Positions 36,401 to 44,875 of a stretch of DNA of 64,000 bases are shown here, one piece after another. The stretch comes from Actinomycetota bacterium (GTDB lineage Bacteria; Actinomycetota; Actinomycetes; S36-B12; UBA5976), in assembly GCA_947448865.1 (NCBI GenBank), contig CANFOW010000001.1:4845-68844 (forward strand). Reading direction: 5' to 3'. The notes beneath the pieces were generated by a model. It was not told the origin of the DNA and made no database searches. It worked only from the letters and a program-made list of their open reading frames with translations. Numbering within the stretch: position 1 is the stretch's first letter; every line of letters begins with the position of its first letter. A program made the translations under genes and the position numbers.

Positions 36401-37019
36401 AGGCCAAGGTCCTGATCACTCATCAGCACGTGTCGAGCGCTTCTTACAACTATGCGCTCAAGACAACATCACTGTCGCGATGCCATCTACTCCAGCGTCA
36501 TATTTCCACCTATTGCGCTGGCAGGTGCACTCACCTTTAGTGCGTCCACTTGTTGTATTCACACCGAAGTCATTACTGCGAGCAAAGTTTGCGACGTCCG
36601 CAGTCAGTGACTTCACAAGTGGAACGTTCACATCAATCATTCGAGACACGACTGTGAACTCGAATGACGTAACAACAGTTTTGTTGTGTTCGGGCAAGGT
36701 GTACTACGACCTGGTTGCCGAGCGAGAAAAGTCTGGCCGACGTGACGTCGCAATCATTAGAGTGGAGCGACTGTACCCACTTCCGTCGTTGCTTTTGCCA
36801 CAGGCTCTGGCTGAATATCCAGGACTTAAGAATGTGCGTTGGGTACAAGAAGAACCTCGTAACCAAGGTGCAGGTGGATTTATGTTGCTGAACTTGCCCG
36901 AAGTTATTAACCGCCCACTCACACTCGTGTCACGTCCAGCGTCTTCATCGCCAGCGGTTGGCTCGCACCACCGCCACGAAGTTGAACAAGCTGCGCTCGT
37001 CGCACAAGCATTCGAGTAA
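33417..37019 (+). CDS. kgd: Multifunctional 2-oxoglutarate decarboxylase/dehydrogenase E1 with N-terminal E2-type acyltransferase domain (actinobacterial Kgd/OdhA)
   Basis: 1200 aa. Ala/Pro linker, E2 catalytic [17 protein letters not shown], and E1 ThDP motifs ([25 protein letters not shown]). GTG start with GAAGGA SD. Confidence 0.95.
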   Translation: MSGPNPTQFGANDWLVDEMYQQYLEDKESVDPAWWEFFADYTPTDYSAAKAASVSAITAPVAAAPVAPTSAPVATSVPVAATSPDAEKLKGPAARVVVNMEASLEVPTATSVRAVPAKLMVDNRIVINNHLARNRGGKISFTHIIGYALVRALKDVPDMNVAYTTLDDKPAIIRHPHVGLGLAIDLAKEDGTRQLLVPCIKQADTLDFASFWASYEDVVRKARQGKLAVEDFQGTTVSLTNPGTIGTVHSVPRLMQGQGVIIGVGAMEYPAEWQGASEVILARNGISKIMTLTSTYDHRVIQGAQSGEFLRRIHQLLLGEFGFYDDIFKSLGIPYEPIRWAQDIATSHDDELDKTARVQEMIHAYRVRGHLMADIDPLEYQVRTHPDLDIANHGLTLWDLDREFATGGFGGKSFAMLRDILGVLRDAYCRTIGIEYMHIQDPEQRKWIQDRVEVRHAKTDRVEQLRILHKLNEAEAFETFLQTKYVGQKRFSLEGGESAIPLLEHILYLSSHDGLDEVCIGMPHRGRLNVLANIAGKSYERIFNEFEGNYGEESVQGSGDVKYHLGTEGQYTSVDGKSINVYLAANPSHLEAVNPVLEGIVRAKQDLINEKEKYSVLPLLMHGDAAFAGQGVVAETLQFSQLQGYRVGGTIHLVINNQVGFTTSPRYSRTSVYATDVARMIQAPIFHVNGDDPEAVVRVAKMAYDYRQAFHKDVVIDMVCYRRRGHNEADDPSLTQPLMYEVIDQKRSTRKLYTEALIGRGDITVEEAEAALKHYQDELEKVFQATKASSGEHFNAGSNEVVATGQQSLEPQTPSIDVPTGISREVVDRVVASQLNMPEGFTVHPRLLPQLQRRAEMVATDQIDWGMGEALAIGSLLTEGTTVRLSGQDSRRGTFGHRHAVIVDKQTGWQYKPLKQCYENGARLYVYDSLLSEYAAMGFEYGYSVVRPNALVLWEAQFGDFVNGAQTIIDEFISAGEQKWAQRSDVTLLLPHGFEGQGPDHSSARVERFLQLCAQDNITVAMPSTPASYFHLLRWQVHSPLVRPLVVFTPKSLLRAKFATSAVSDFTSGTFTSIIRDTTVNSNDVTTVLLCSGKVYYDLVAEREKSGRRDVAIIRVERLYPLPSLLLPQALAEYPGLKNVRWVQEEPRNQGAGGFMLLNLPEVINRPLTLVSRPASSSPAVGSHHRHEVEQAALVAQAFE

Positions 37020-37021
37020 AC

Positions 37022-37204
37022 ATGTACTTCACTGACCGTGGAATTGAAGAATTAGCTAAACGGCGTGGCGAAGAAGATGTCACACTTGAATGGCTTGCTG
37101 ATCAGTTGCGCATGTTTGTGGACATCAATCCCGACTTCGAGATTCCAATTGAACGCTTTGCTACCTGGCTTGCCCGACTTGATGATGATGTAGAGGAAGA
37201 CTAA
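37022..37204 (+). CDS. Small acidic conserved hypothetical protein (60 aa)
   Basis: Starts 2 nt after the kgd stop, and its own stop overlaps the next ATG (TAATG). Acidic C-terminus DDDVEED. No function is recognisable. Confidence 0.5.
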   Translation: MYFTDRGIEELAKRRGEEDVTLEWLADQLRMFVDINPDFEIPIERFATWLARLDDDVEED

Positions 37205-38166
37205 TGCGTGCTGCTATTGCAACAAGTTTTGATTCAGACAACCCAGTCGCTGGACTGACAATCGGTGAACATCCTGATCCTGAAATCAAGGACGGATGGA
37301 TTCGGGTGCACGTGAAAGCTGCCTCGTTAAATCATCACGATGTCTGGACTTTACGTGGAGTTGCTACAACAGCCGACCGCTTACCTATTGTCTTGGGCAC
37401 AGATGCCTCAGGTGTACTTGATGACGGAACCGAAGTCATTGTGCATGCTGTTATCGGCGATGCAAGTGATGGCGATGAAACACTTGATCCAAAGCGATCG
37501 CTCTTAAGTGAAATCTACGACGGTACCTTCGCTGAATTCGTCACTGTGCCAGCCCGTAACGTCATTGACAAGCCGGATTTCCTGACCTTTGAAGAAGCGT
37601 CGTGCCTACCGACTGCCTGGCTTACTGCCTATCGCATGCTTTTCACCAAGTCAGGACTTAAGCCCGGCGATACTGTGCTCATCCAAGGTGCTGGCGGCGG
37701 AGTTGCTACCGCTTTGATTCAACTTGCACACGCTGCCGGTTTTACGGTGTGGGTGACATCTCGTGATGCCGCCAAACGCGAATATGCACTCACCCTTGGC
37801 GCAGATGAAGCATTCGAAGTCGGCGCGAAGTTGCCAGGCAAAGTTGATGCGGTGATGGAAAGCGTCGGTGAGGCAACGTGGTCGCACTCTATGCGTTCAC
37901 TTCGTCCCGGTGGTCGTATTGTCATTTGCGGTGCCACATCCGGAGCTAACCCGCCAGCTGATCTCAATCGCTTGTTTTTCTTGCAACTCGAAGTAGTTGG
38001 TTCAACGATGGGAACTCGCGAAGAGTTTTCGCAGCTCGTGGCATTCTTGGGCAAAACGGGACTTCGTCCACAAATTCAACAAACCTTCGGTTTGTCCGAG
38101 ACGGATCAAGCGATTGCGCTCATGGCCAGCGGCGATGTTCGAGGAAAGCTCGTAATCGTTCCCTAG
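37204..38166 (+). CDS. Medium-chain (zinc-type) dehydrogenase/reductase, NADPH:quinone-oxidoreductase-like
   Basis: MDR architecture with GAGGGVATALIQLA Rossmann motif and N-terminal GroES-like domain. Confidence 0.8.
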   Translation: MRAAIATSFDSDNPVAGLTIGEHPDPEIKDGWIRVHVKAASLNHHDVWTLRGVATTADRLPIVLGTDASGVLDDGTEVIVHAVIGDASDGDETLDPKRSLLSEIYDGTFAEFVTVPARNVIDKPDFLTFEEASCLPTAWLTAYRMLFTKSGLKPGDTVLIQGAGGGVATALIQLAHAAGFTVWVTSRDAAKREYALTLGADEAFEVGAKLPGKVDAVMESVGEATWSHSMRSLRPGGRIVICGATSGANPPADLNRLFFLQLEVVGSTMGTREEFSQLVAFLGKTGLRPQIQQTFGLSETDQAIALMASGDVRGKLVIVP

Positions 38167-38174
38167 TGTGAACT

Positions 38175-38204
38175 TTGACCTGCACAATGGTGCGTTGCTA
38201 ATTA
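38175..38204 (+). promoter_or_regulatory. Possible sigma-70-type promoter for the heliorhodopsin gene
   Basis: TTGACC (38175-38180), an 18-nt spacer, then TAATTA (38199-38204). A GGAG SD lies 4 nt before the ATG at 38215. Read-through from the upstream gene is equally possible. Confidence 0.3.
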
Positions 38205-38214
38205 CAGTTGGAGC

Positions 38215-38973
38215 ATGAGTAACCCTACGCACGCAAAATTACGTCGTTTTAATCTGATTGCTGGAATCCTGCACTTGCTTCAACTCGCAGCAGTGTTGGC
38301 ATTGTCCACCGACTTCACACTTCCTGTTCGTGCTTCTTACATGGCCGGCCCGCCAGGAACTGACTTCACCGAACCCATTGTGTTGTTCCATTCGCCATTG
38401 GCACTTGGTGTTGCTTTGTTCCTTGCGCTGTCATCTGTGGCGCACTTCATTGTGGCTAGCCCTGCGTTCTTCGCACGTTACTCGCAGGGACTTACCCAGC
38501 ACCGCAACTATTTCCGTTGGGTTGAATACGGCATTAGCTCATCGGTCATGATTGTGCTCATCGCGCAAGTATGTGGAGTCACAGATATTGCTGCGCTCAT
38601 CGCAATCTTCGGCGTGAATGCGTCCATGATTCTGTTCGGATGGCTACAAGAAAAGTTTTGCGAACCAGGTAGCGGCGAATGGTTGCCGTTTATCTTTGGT
38701 TGTATCGCAGGAATTGTCCCGTGGCTTGCAATTGTCATTTATATCCTTAGCCCTAAGTCACCTGTGCAAGCTGATCCTCCGGGATTCGTTTACGGCATCG
38801 TTGTGTCGCTGTTCGTGATGTTTAATTCGTTTGCCTATGTGCAGTTCAAGCAATATCAAGCAAAGGGCAAATGGAGCGACTACCTTCGTGGCGAGCGCGC
38901 CTACATCGTCCTGAGTTTGGTCGCGAAGTCTCTGCTGGCTTGGCAAATCTTTGCCAACACGCTCATTCCTTAA
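38215..38973 (+). CDS. Heliorhodopsin (inverted-topology retinal-binding 7-TM protein)
   Basis: Collinear with heliorhodopsin 48C12 as I recall it: FNLIAGILHLLQ, FRWVEYGISSSVMIVLIAQ, FGVNASMILFGWLQEK, GCIAGIVPW, GFVYGI, KGKWSDYLRGERAYIVLSLVAKSLLAWQIF. The Schiff-base Lys is K238 (AAG at 38926-38928). Confidence 0.9.
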   Translation: MSNPTHAKLRRFNLIAGILHLLQLAAVLALSTDFTLPVRASYMAGPPGTDFTEPIVLFHSPLALGVALFLALSSVAHFIVASPAFFARYSQGLTQHRNYFRWVEYGISSSVMIVLIAQVCGVTDIAALIAIFGVNASMILFGWLQEKFCEPGSGEWLPFIFGCIAGIVPWLAIVIYILSPKSPVQADPPGFVYGIVVSLFVMFNSFAYVQFKQYQAKGKWSDYLRGERAYIVLSLVAKSLLAWQIFANTLIP

Positions 38974-39284
38974 TGAGAGCTGCCTAGATTCGCAAGGAAT
39001 CGCAAGGATTGAGGTAATCGCCACTTTACGGTGGCGATTACCTGGCTTGAAGTAAGAGCACCATACTGACGGGAATCGTGGCTCACTTCGGCGTTGTCAC
39101 CGTGGACAAAAACATGTGAGCCTTCAATACGTGTGACCCGCTTAATCTCAGTTCGCTCACCTTGATCAATAAGCACCACATCATTAACAGCGAACGAACT
39201 GCCGTAGCGCACTAAGACAACGTCGCCTGGCGCCAAATACGGAACCATAGACAGTCCCGTAACACGAGCTAACCCAAGAGCCAT
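38970..39284 (-). CDS. sodX: Ni-SOD maturation protease SodX (S26 signal-peptidase family)
   Basis: GLSMVPYL Ser-nucleophile motif and a KRV..I block. It is divergent from sodN, as in Streptomyces. Its stop shares a TTAA tetranucleotide with the heliorhodopsin stop. Confidence 0.8.
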   Translation of the reverse strand: MALGLARVTGLSMVPYLAPGDVVLVRYGSSFAVNDVVLIDQGERTEIKRVTRIEGSHVFVHGDNAEVSHDSRQYGALTSSQVIATVKWRLPQSLRFLANLGSSH

Positions 39285-39377
39285 AGCCCTATTGTTCCAG
39301 CCTTGGTGATGCCAACCGCACCTCTGTGTCGTAGCCTTGTCCTAGCGGTTAGCCGCAACCAATCTTCGGAGGACACT

Positions 39378-39773
39378 ATGAAGTTTTTTGCACCAACAAT
39401 CACAGTCAGCGCACACTGCGACTTGCCATGTGGCGTTTACGACCCAGCCCAGGCGCGTATCGAAGCATTGTCAGTTAAGGCATGCATGGAGAAGTACCAC
39501 GCATCCGACGACGCCAACTTCAAGGCTCGCGCCATTGCAATCAAAGAAGATCGCTCACACATGGTCAAGGATCACCTGTGGGTTCTGTGGACTGACTACT
39601 TCAAGGCACCACACTTTGAAAAGTACCCACAGTTGCACCAACTCTTCAACGAAGCCACAAAACTTGCTGGCGCAGCTGGCACCAAGGGCACCGTTGACGT
39701 AGCAGTTGCTGATCAGCTACTTGCAAAGATTGACGAAATCGCCGACATCTTCGCTGATTCCAAAAAGGCCTAA
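39378..39773 (+). CDS. sodN: Nickel superoxide dismutase precursor
   Basis: A 12-aa leader MKFFAPTITVSA is followed by the Ni-hook HCDLPCGVYDPA. GGAGGA SD. The track start at 39303 is an upstream extension. Confidence 0.95.
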   Translation: MKFFAPTITVSAHCDLPCGVYDPAQARIEALSVKACMEKYHASDDANFKARAIAIKEDRSHMVKDHLWVLWTDYFKAPHFEKYPQLHQLFNEATKLAGAAGTKGTVDVAVADQLLAKIDEIADIFADSKKA

Positions 39774-39782
39774 TCACTCAAC

Positions 39783-40265
39783 ATGTCCATCGTCGTTCGT
39801 CGCGCTACACCTGATGATGTAGCCCAGATGCACGAGATGATTCTCGAACTTGCAATTTTCGAGAATGAACCAGACGCTGTAACCGCCACCGCAGAGGACC
39901 TTCACCAGGCTCTCTTCGGTGGCGTTTCGCTTTCTGCACATGTTATTGACGCACCGGACGGACATGGCCTTGCTGCCATGGCGATCTGGTTCTTGAATTA
40001 CAGTACTTGGGACGGAAAGCACGGCGTATATCTTGAAGACCTTTATGTACGCGAACCTTTTCGTGGTCAAGGACTTGGTAAGGCGCTGATGCGCGAATTA
40101 GCAGCCATTTGTGTTGACAACGGATATTCAAGATTCCAATGGTGGGTACTCGACTGGAACCAGAAAGCCATTGATGTGTATCGCAGACTCGGTGCTGTGC
40201 CTATGGATGAGTGGACGGTCTATCGGCTCTCAGGCGAGCCATTGAACGAACTTGGTGGTTCGTAG
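39783..40265 (+). CDS. GNAT-family N-acetyltransferase
   Basis: Acetyl-CoA motif RGQGLGKALMREL. It starts 9 nt downstream of sodN. Confidence 0.8.
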   Translation: MSIVVRRATPDDVAQMHEMILELAIFENEPDAVTATAEDLHQALFGGVSLSAHVIDAPDGHGLAAMAIWFLNYSTWDGKHGVYLEDLYVREPFRGQGLGKALMRELAAICVDNGYSRFQWWVLDWNQKAIDVYRRLGAVPMDEWTVYRLSGEPLNELGGS

Positions 40266-40279
40266 GTTAGCGTTTTGTC

Positions 40280-40645
40280 GTGACCTCAATTCATCTCACT
40301 GTGCCAGCGCAAGCAACTTTTGTCGCGCTCGTGCGCACCAGTGCAGCGCATCTAGGCGCGCACATCAATCTCTCTGTTGATCAAATCGAAGACTTGCGAC
40401 TCGCTGTAGACGAAGCTTTTGCTGCAGTGTTATGCGAGTCCGACGAATCTGTCGACATCACCTTCGAATGCGACACTGATTCGATTACCGCAACTCTGAC
40501 CGGCCCTCGCGGCGCTAGCGAACCTGACAAAGCAGGCTTCGGATGGACAGTTATGGCTGCACTAGTCAACAACGTCAGTAGTTCAACTACTGAGGACGGC
40601 CGAGTCAGTATCTCGTTAACAACGAAGGTCACTGCGAGTGCATAA
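40280..40645 (+). CDS. Putative anti-sigma factor (short RsbW/UsfX-like protein) coupled to the SigF/B-type sigma gene
   Basis: 121 aa, GTG start, 8-nt overlap with the sigma gene. Position and size match the anti-sigma partners of SigF-type factors. Sequence similarity is judged only loosely. Confidence 0.55.
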   Translation: MTSIHLTVPAQATFVALVRTSAAHLGAHINLSVDQIEDLRLAVDEAFAAVLCESDESVDITFECDTDSITATLTGPRGASEPDKAGFGWTVMAALVNNVSSSTTEDGRVSISLTTKVTASA

Positions 40646-41396
40646 AGACAGTGACTTGCGATCTCACGATCGCGAGATGCTTGAGCAGTTAGGCGCTCTA
40701 GAAACTAACACTCCCGAACACGAGTCACTTCGCGCTGCCCTCATTGAGCGGCACCTGCCACTTGTGCACTTCCTTGCGCGCAAGTTCGCTGATCGTGGTG
40801 AACCGTTGGACGATTTGGTGCAAGTCGGCACTATCGGACTGATTAAGTCACTTGATCGATTTGATGCATCCTTAGGTTTTGAATTTTCCACATATGCAAC
40901 GCCTACAATCGTCGGTGAAATTAAGCGCTACTTTCGAGACAAGACCTGGGCTATCCGCATTCCCCGACGGTTACAAGAACTTGGTGCTCAAGTCAGCAAA
41001 GCTCGCGAGGAACTTACACATCAGTTGGATCGCTCACCAACACCGCAAGACATTGCCACACGTTTGTCGATTTCGGTAGACGATGTCATGGAAGCAATCG
41101 AAGCAAACTCTGCATACTCCACCGTAAGTCTTAGTGATAGTCACGATGATGAATCGCAATCATTGTCAGACAGATTGGGCTTTATCGATGAATCATTAGA
41201 AAATGTCGAGTACCGAGAATCACTTCGACCGCTTCTTGAAGCACTCGATGCACGGGAAAAGAAAATTTTAGTCATGCGATTTTTTGATAATAAGAGTCAA
41301 TCTGAAATCGCTTCGGAATTAGGAATTTCGCAAATGCATGTGTCGCGATTACTTGCTAAGACGCTCGCGCATTTGCGCACTGAACTACAAGGTTAG
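40638..41396 (+). CDS. Group-3 RNA polymerase sigma factor (SigB/SigF type)
   Basis: Region 2 DDLVQVGTIGLIKSLDRFD..FSTYATPTIVGEIKRYFRD, and region 4 SQSEIASELGISQMHVSRLL. Confidence 0.85.
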   Translation: MHKDSDLRSHDREMLEQLGALETNTPEHESLRAALIERHLPLVHFLARKFADRGEPLDDLVQVGTIGLIKSLDRFDASLGFEFSTYATPTIVGEIKRYFRDKTWAIRIPRRLQELGAQVSKAREELTHQLDRSPTPQDIATRLSISVDDVMEAIEANSAYSTVSLSDSHDDESQSLSDRLGFIDESLENVEYRESLRPLLEALDAREKKILVMRFFDNKSQSEIASELGISQMHVSRLLAKTLAHLRTELQG

Positions 41397-41737
41397 TTTG
41401 ACGACTTCACAGCGGCGACAAATGCTGTGATTCCAATGACACCAACGAGTGCGCCAACGAATTTTGCATTCCACCCAGTTCCGCTCAGCAACGTGTAGGC
41501 AATAATCCCAGCAAAAATTTGTAGCAACAAATATGGCGTTCGTGACCAGGTCTGTCCTTTGTGGTGCGCAAAAGACAGCGCTATAAGACCTAAGGCAAAC
41601 ACAGTAAAGATGATTGCCTGCACACTCGGTGAACCGACGGTGCTGTGATCACGGTGTGCGTTAATAACAATGGACACGGCAAACACAATTAACGATATTG
41701 CTTCAATGAAACCAAGGGCCACCGCAATTTTCCGCAT
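41393..41737 (-). CDS. Small integral membrane protein (4 predicted TM), function unknown
   Basis: Four hydrophobic stretches and clean start/stop. No recognisable motif. Confidence 0.5.
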   Translation of the reverse strand: MRKIAVALGFIEAISLIVFAVSIVINAHRDHSTVGSPSVQAIIFTVFALGLIALSFAHHKGQTWSRTPYLLLQIFAGIIAYTLLSGTGWNAKFVGALVGVIGITAFVAAVKSSN

Positions 41738-41788
41738 ACTCTTACGCTATCGCTCATTCCTGCAGGTGCCGAAAGATAGGCTTGCGGC

Positions 41789-42712
41789 ATGCGCGCATTA
41801 CTTGTGGTCAACACATATGCGACTACCACTACTGAAGCCCTCAGCGAAGTAATCGTCGCAGCGTTGCGTAGCCGCCTTGAACTTACAGTTGAACATACAT
41901 CGCAGCGCGGACATGCCCAAGAACTCGCGCAACAGGCGGCTCACGAAAACTTTGATGTCGTACTCGCTCTTGGTGGTGATGGCACTGTCAATGAAATTGC
42001 AAACGGCCTCATGACATGTGACGACGTCTTGCGCAGACCGTTACTCGGAATAATCCCAGGTGGCAACGCCAATGTCTTTGTGCGCAATCTTGGATACCCC
42101 GCGGATCCCGTGGAAGCAACTCGCCAAGTACTCGCTGCAATTGATCGCACGAGCGTGACACCCATTGGACTTGGCAGAGTTAAGGCCGATGACATTGATC
42201 GCTATTTTTTGTTCAATGCCGGTTTCGGGGCAGATGCCGCGGTGCTGTCTCGGATGGAGCAACACCGATCTGGAACCCGAAAAGCAAGCGATGCACGATA
42301 TGCCCTTTACGCAGCTCAAGAACTTTTTTCCCGGCTTGACCGCAAGAAACCCCACATAAAAATTCCTGATCTTTCAATCGAGGCGTTTTTCGCCATGGTT
42401 GTGAACTTTTCGCCGTGGACCTACCTTGGGGCACGAGCCCTCAACCCTCAACCTGCAGCAGCGCAAGACACACAATTGACGGTTTATGCGCCCACTCGTC
42501 TGCGAATTTCAGACATAATGCGGTTAGCTCGCACAGTCATTGCAGGTGGTGATTTAGCCGCCCTAGACGGCGTTGTCACGGCTCATGACACTGACGCAGT
42601 CCATATGAGAGCAGACGTTCCTACGTGGCTTCAGGTGGACGGAGAGGCACTAGGAACTGTCCAGCTGGCTCACTTCAGTCATGTCCCTAACGCATTGCGA
42701 GTTCTGGCATAG
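41789..42712 (+). CDS. Diacylglycerol-kinase-family lipid kinase
   Basis: DAGK catalytic motif VLALGGDGTVNEIANGL and GIIPGGNANVF. Confidence 0.8.
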   Translation: MRALLVVNTYATTTTEALSEVIVAALRSRLELTVEHTSQRGHAQELAQQAAHENFDVVLALGGDGTVNEIANGLMTCDDVLRRPLLGIIPGGNANVFVRNLGYPADPVEATRQVLAAIDRTSVTPIGLGRVKADDIDRYFLFNAGFGADAAVLSRMEQHRSGTRKASDARYALYAAQELFSRLDRKKPHIKIPDLSIEAFFAMVVNFSPWTYLGARALNPQPAAAQDTQLTVYAPTRLRISDIMRLARTVIAGGDLAALDGVVTAHDTDAVHMRADVPTWLQVDGEALGTVQLAHFSHVPNALRVLA

Positions 42713-42718
42713 CCTCAC

Positions 42719-42749
42719 TGGTGTGTGAGCCACTCAACACCCATTTTTT
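42719..42749 (+). terminator. Probable rho-independent terminator
   Basis: TGGTGTGTGAG-CCA-CTCAACACCCA forms ~10 bp with two bulges, followed by TTTTTT. It starts 7 nt after the kinase stop. Confidence 0.45.
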
Positions 42750-42772
42750 ATAAAGAGTTTGGGCTAAATGGT

Positions 42773-42788
42773 TGTGAAAACCTTCACG
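42773..42788. promoter_or_regulatory. CRP/FNR-family (Crp/GlxR-type) binding-site candidate upstream of whiB1
   Basis: TGTGAaaacctTCACg matches 9 of 10 positions of TGTGA-N6-TCACA. It lies ~100 nt upstream of the whiB1 start. Confidence 0.45.
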
Positions 42789-42883
42789 AAGTGAGAGGGT
42801 AGTACTTCCCGACGTGAGTGGGGAAACGCTATTTTCTCAGGAAATAAGCCATTTTTGCCCGCATCTAGACCTTGGAGGAACGC

Positions 42884-43174
42884 GTGGACTGGCGCCACCA
42901 GGCAGCGTGTCGTGAGGAAGATCCGGAATTATTCTTCCCAATCGGTAATACCGGCCCGGCACTGCTACAAATCGAGGAAGCGAAGGCTGTATGCCGTCGC
43001 TGTCCCGTTATTGAGCCATGTCTGAAATGGGCGTTGGAAACCGGTCAGGATTCAGGTGTCTGGGGTGGAACAAGCGAAGACGAACGCCGCGCTATCAAGC
43101 GTCGTGCTCAACGTGCTCGCGCTCGTGGTCTCGAGCCAGCACCACACGTATTCGACACTGACTTAGCTCTTTAA
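42884..43174 (+). CDS. whiB1: WhiB-family [4Fe-4S] redox/NO-sensing transcription factor, WhiB1 orthologue
   Basis: VDWRHQAACREEDPELFFPIGNTGPALLQIEEAKAVCRRCPVIEPCLKWALETGQDSGVWGGTSEDERR is nearly collinear with M. tuberculosis WhiB1 as I recall it. GTG at 42884 with GGAGGA 5 nt upstream. Confidence 0.9.
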   Translation: MDWRHQAACREEDPELFFPIGNTGPALLQIEEAKAVCRRCPVIEPCLKWALETGQDSGVWGGTSEDERRAIKRRAQRARARGLEPAPHVFDTDLAL

Positions 43175-43183
43175 GTTTCTGCG

Positions 43184-44641
43184 CTAAAACCCGACAGTTA
43201 CCCGAGTGCCACGCAAAGTCGCGGCAGAGTCAACATGCTCAAAGGTAATTGTGCCTTGTAACTCTTCAGTTACCAGAGTCGACACAATCGCTAACCCGAG
43301 GCCACGCGATGGATCAACTGGCAACTCAATACCGGGGCCGTTGTCTGTAACTGTGACGTGATGACGCTCGTCGACATGATCAACTTCGATAACAACAACT
43401 AATGCGTTCTGGCCAGGCGAACCATGCTCAACCGAGTTAGCAACAAGCTCGGCAACCACCAGCGCCATGGTCGTTGCTTGATCACTAGGAAGAACGCCAA
43501 ACTTTCCTTGAATCGACGTTCGTACTTGCGAGTTAAGTGATGTTTCGATTGTCAAAGAAACAACGCGATGTGCAACTTCGTCAAAGTCCACACTCGCTCC
43601 TGGATTATGGGCAAGTAAATCGTGCACCACCGCAATAGTTGCTACACGGCGACCAGCTTCTGCAATGGCGTTGCGTGATGCTTCATCAGGAAGTCGACGT
43701 CCTTGTAAACGCAGCAAGGATGCAACAGTTTGTAAGTTATTTTTTACGCGATGATGAATTTCTCGAATTGCAGCATCTTTGCCTACGAGTGCCTGCTCGC
43801 GTCGACGGATGTCCGTGACATCGCGAATAAGCATCAAAGTATGTGGTTGCGTTTTTGGCCGGCTCAATGGAATCGACCTCACGGTGGCAGACGATTGCTG
43901 ACCTTGAACTTCTGACGTGGCTTGGATTCGTCCGCGAACTACCAGACTTAACGTGTCATTAATAGGCACGCCATGTCGATTAAGGCTCGAGACAATATCG
44001 GCAAGTACTTGATTTTCAATATCTATTGCGACGCCAAGTCGACGAAATGCCGAGCGTGCATTAGGGCTTGCAAAAGTGATTCGCCCATCCGAATCAAGCA
44101 ACATTAAACCGTCACCTACTCGAGGCGCTCCACCGCGGCCACCTGTGCCCTGATCATTGTCGGTGTGGCGAGGAAATTCACCCGAGGCAACCATATGAAT
44201 TAAATCGTCAGCACACAGTGTGTAAACCTCTTCAAGACGACCTGCGGTGGGATTTCCCGAATAACGTCCGATTAAAGCAATCACTTCCCCATCACGACGG
44301 ATAGGGATTGCTTGTGTTAATTCATGTTTGGCAGTTGAAGCACCTAAGCAAATTTCACCAGTGGCAAACGCGCGATCAAGTTCGGCATGTCGACCACGCG
44401 GTGCAAAGTGACCAATAAGGTCTTCTGGAATATGAGTGCGTCCTGTTGTCGGACGGATTTGCGCCGCTGCAATAAAGCCTGCTTCATTCCACGTCGGAAG
44501 CCATAACAGCAGATCTGCAAATGCCAGGTCAGCTATTAAAGTCCAGTCAGTCAGGAGAAGCTGTAAATAATCAATGTCAGCAGGCGTCAAGTCTGTTCGC
44601 TGCGCTGCGATATCTGGCATTTGTGCACTAGTAACTGACAC
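43184..44641 (-). CDS. pdtaS: PdtaS-type cytoplasmic sensor histidine kinase (GAF-PAS-HisKA_2-HATPase)
   Basis: H-box EIHHRVKNNLQTVASLLRLQ, HATPase blocks ELVANSVEHG and DNGPGI, and no TM segments. It is adjacent to whiB1, as in mycobacteria. Confidence 0.8.
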   Translation of the reverse strand: MSVTSAQMPDIAAQRTDLTPADIDYLQLLLTDWTLIADLAFADLLLWLPTWNEAGFIAAAQIRPTTGRTHIPEDLIGHFAPRGRHAELDRAFATGEICLGASTAKHELTQAIPIRRDGEVIALIGRYSGNPTAGRLEEVYTLCADDLIHMVASGEFPRHTDNDQGTGGRGGAPRVGDGLMLLDSDGRITFASPNARSAFRRLGVAIDIENQVLADIVSSLNRHGVPINDTLSLVVRGRIQATSEVQGQQSSATVRSIPLSRPKTQPHTLMLIRDVTDIRRREQALVGKDAAIREIHHRVKNNLQTVASLLRLQGRRLPDEASRNAIAEAGRRVATIAVVHDLLAHNPGASVDFDEVAHRVVSLTIETSLNSQVRTSIQGKFGVLPSDQATTMALVVAELVANSVEHGSPGQNALVVVIEVDHVDERHHVTVTDNGPGIELPVDPSRGLGLAIVSTLVTEELQGTITFEHVDSAATLRGTRVTVGF

Positions 44642-44665
44642 GCTTCTTAGGCTAGCGTATGGACT

Positions 44666-44875
44666 ATGCCTGAGATTCGCGCTGACATGGTCGCCAACGT
44701 TATGGAAATCTATGTTTCCGAAGGCGACACTGTTGCTATCGGCGACACAATCGTGTTGCTCGAATCTATGAAAATGGAAATTCCAGTAATTGCGGAAAAC
44801 GCGGGTACTGTGACCCGCGTTGCCGTATCAATTGGAGATGTTGTTCAAGAAGGCGATTTAATAATCGAAATCTAG
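44666..44875 (+). CDS. Small biotin/lipoyl-attachment protein (BCCP-like, TB7.3-type)
   Basis: 69 aa with the biotinyl-lysine motif LESMKMEIPV. Confidence 0.85.
   Translation: MPEIRADMVANVMEIYVSEGDTVAIGDTIVLLESMKMEIPVIAENAGTVTRVAVSIGDVVQEGDLIIEI

Noticed and set aside
38215-38973. Calling the 7-TM retinal-type protein a type-1 rhodopsin (actinorhodopsin/xanthorhodopsin-like proton pump).
   Set aside because: The sequence blocks match heliorhodopsin, not type-1 pumps. There is no DTE/DTD-type helix-C motif, and the charge distribution indicates an N-in topology.
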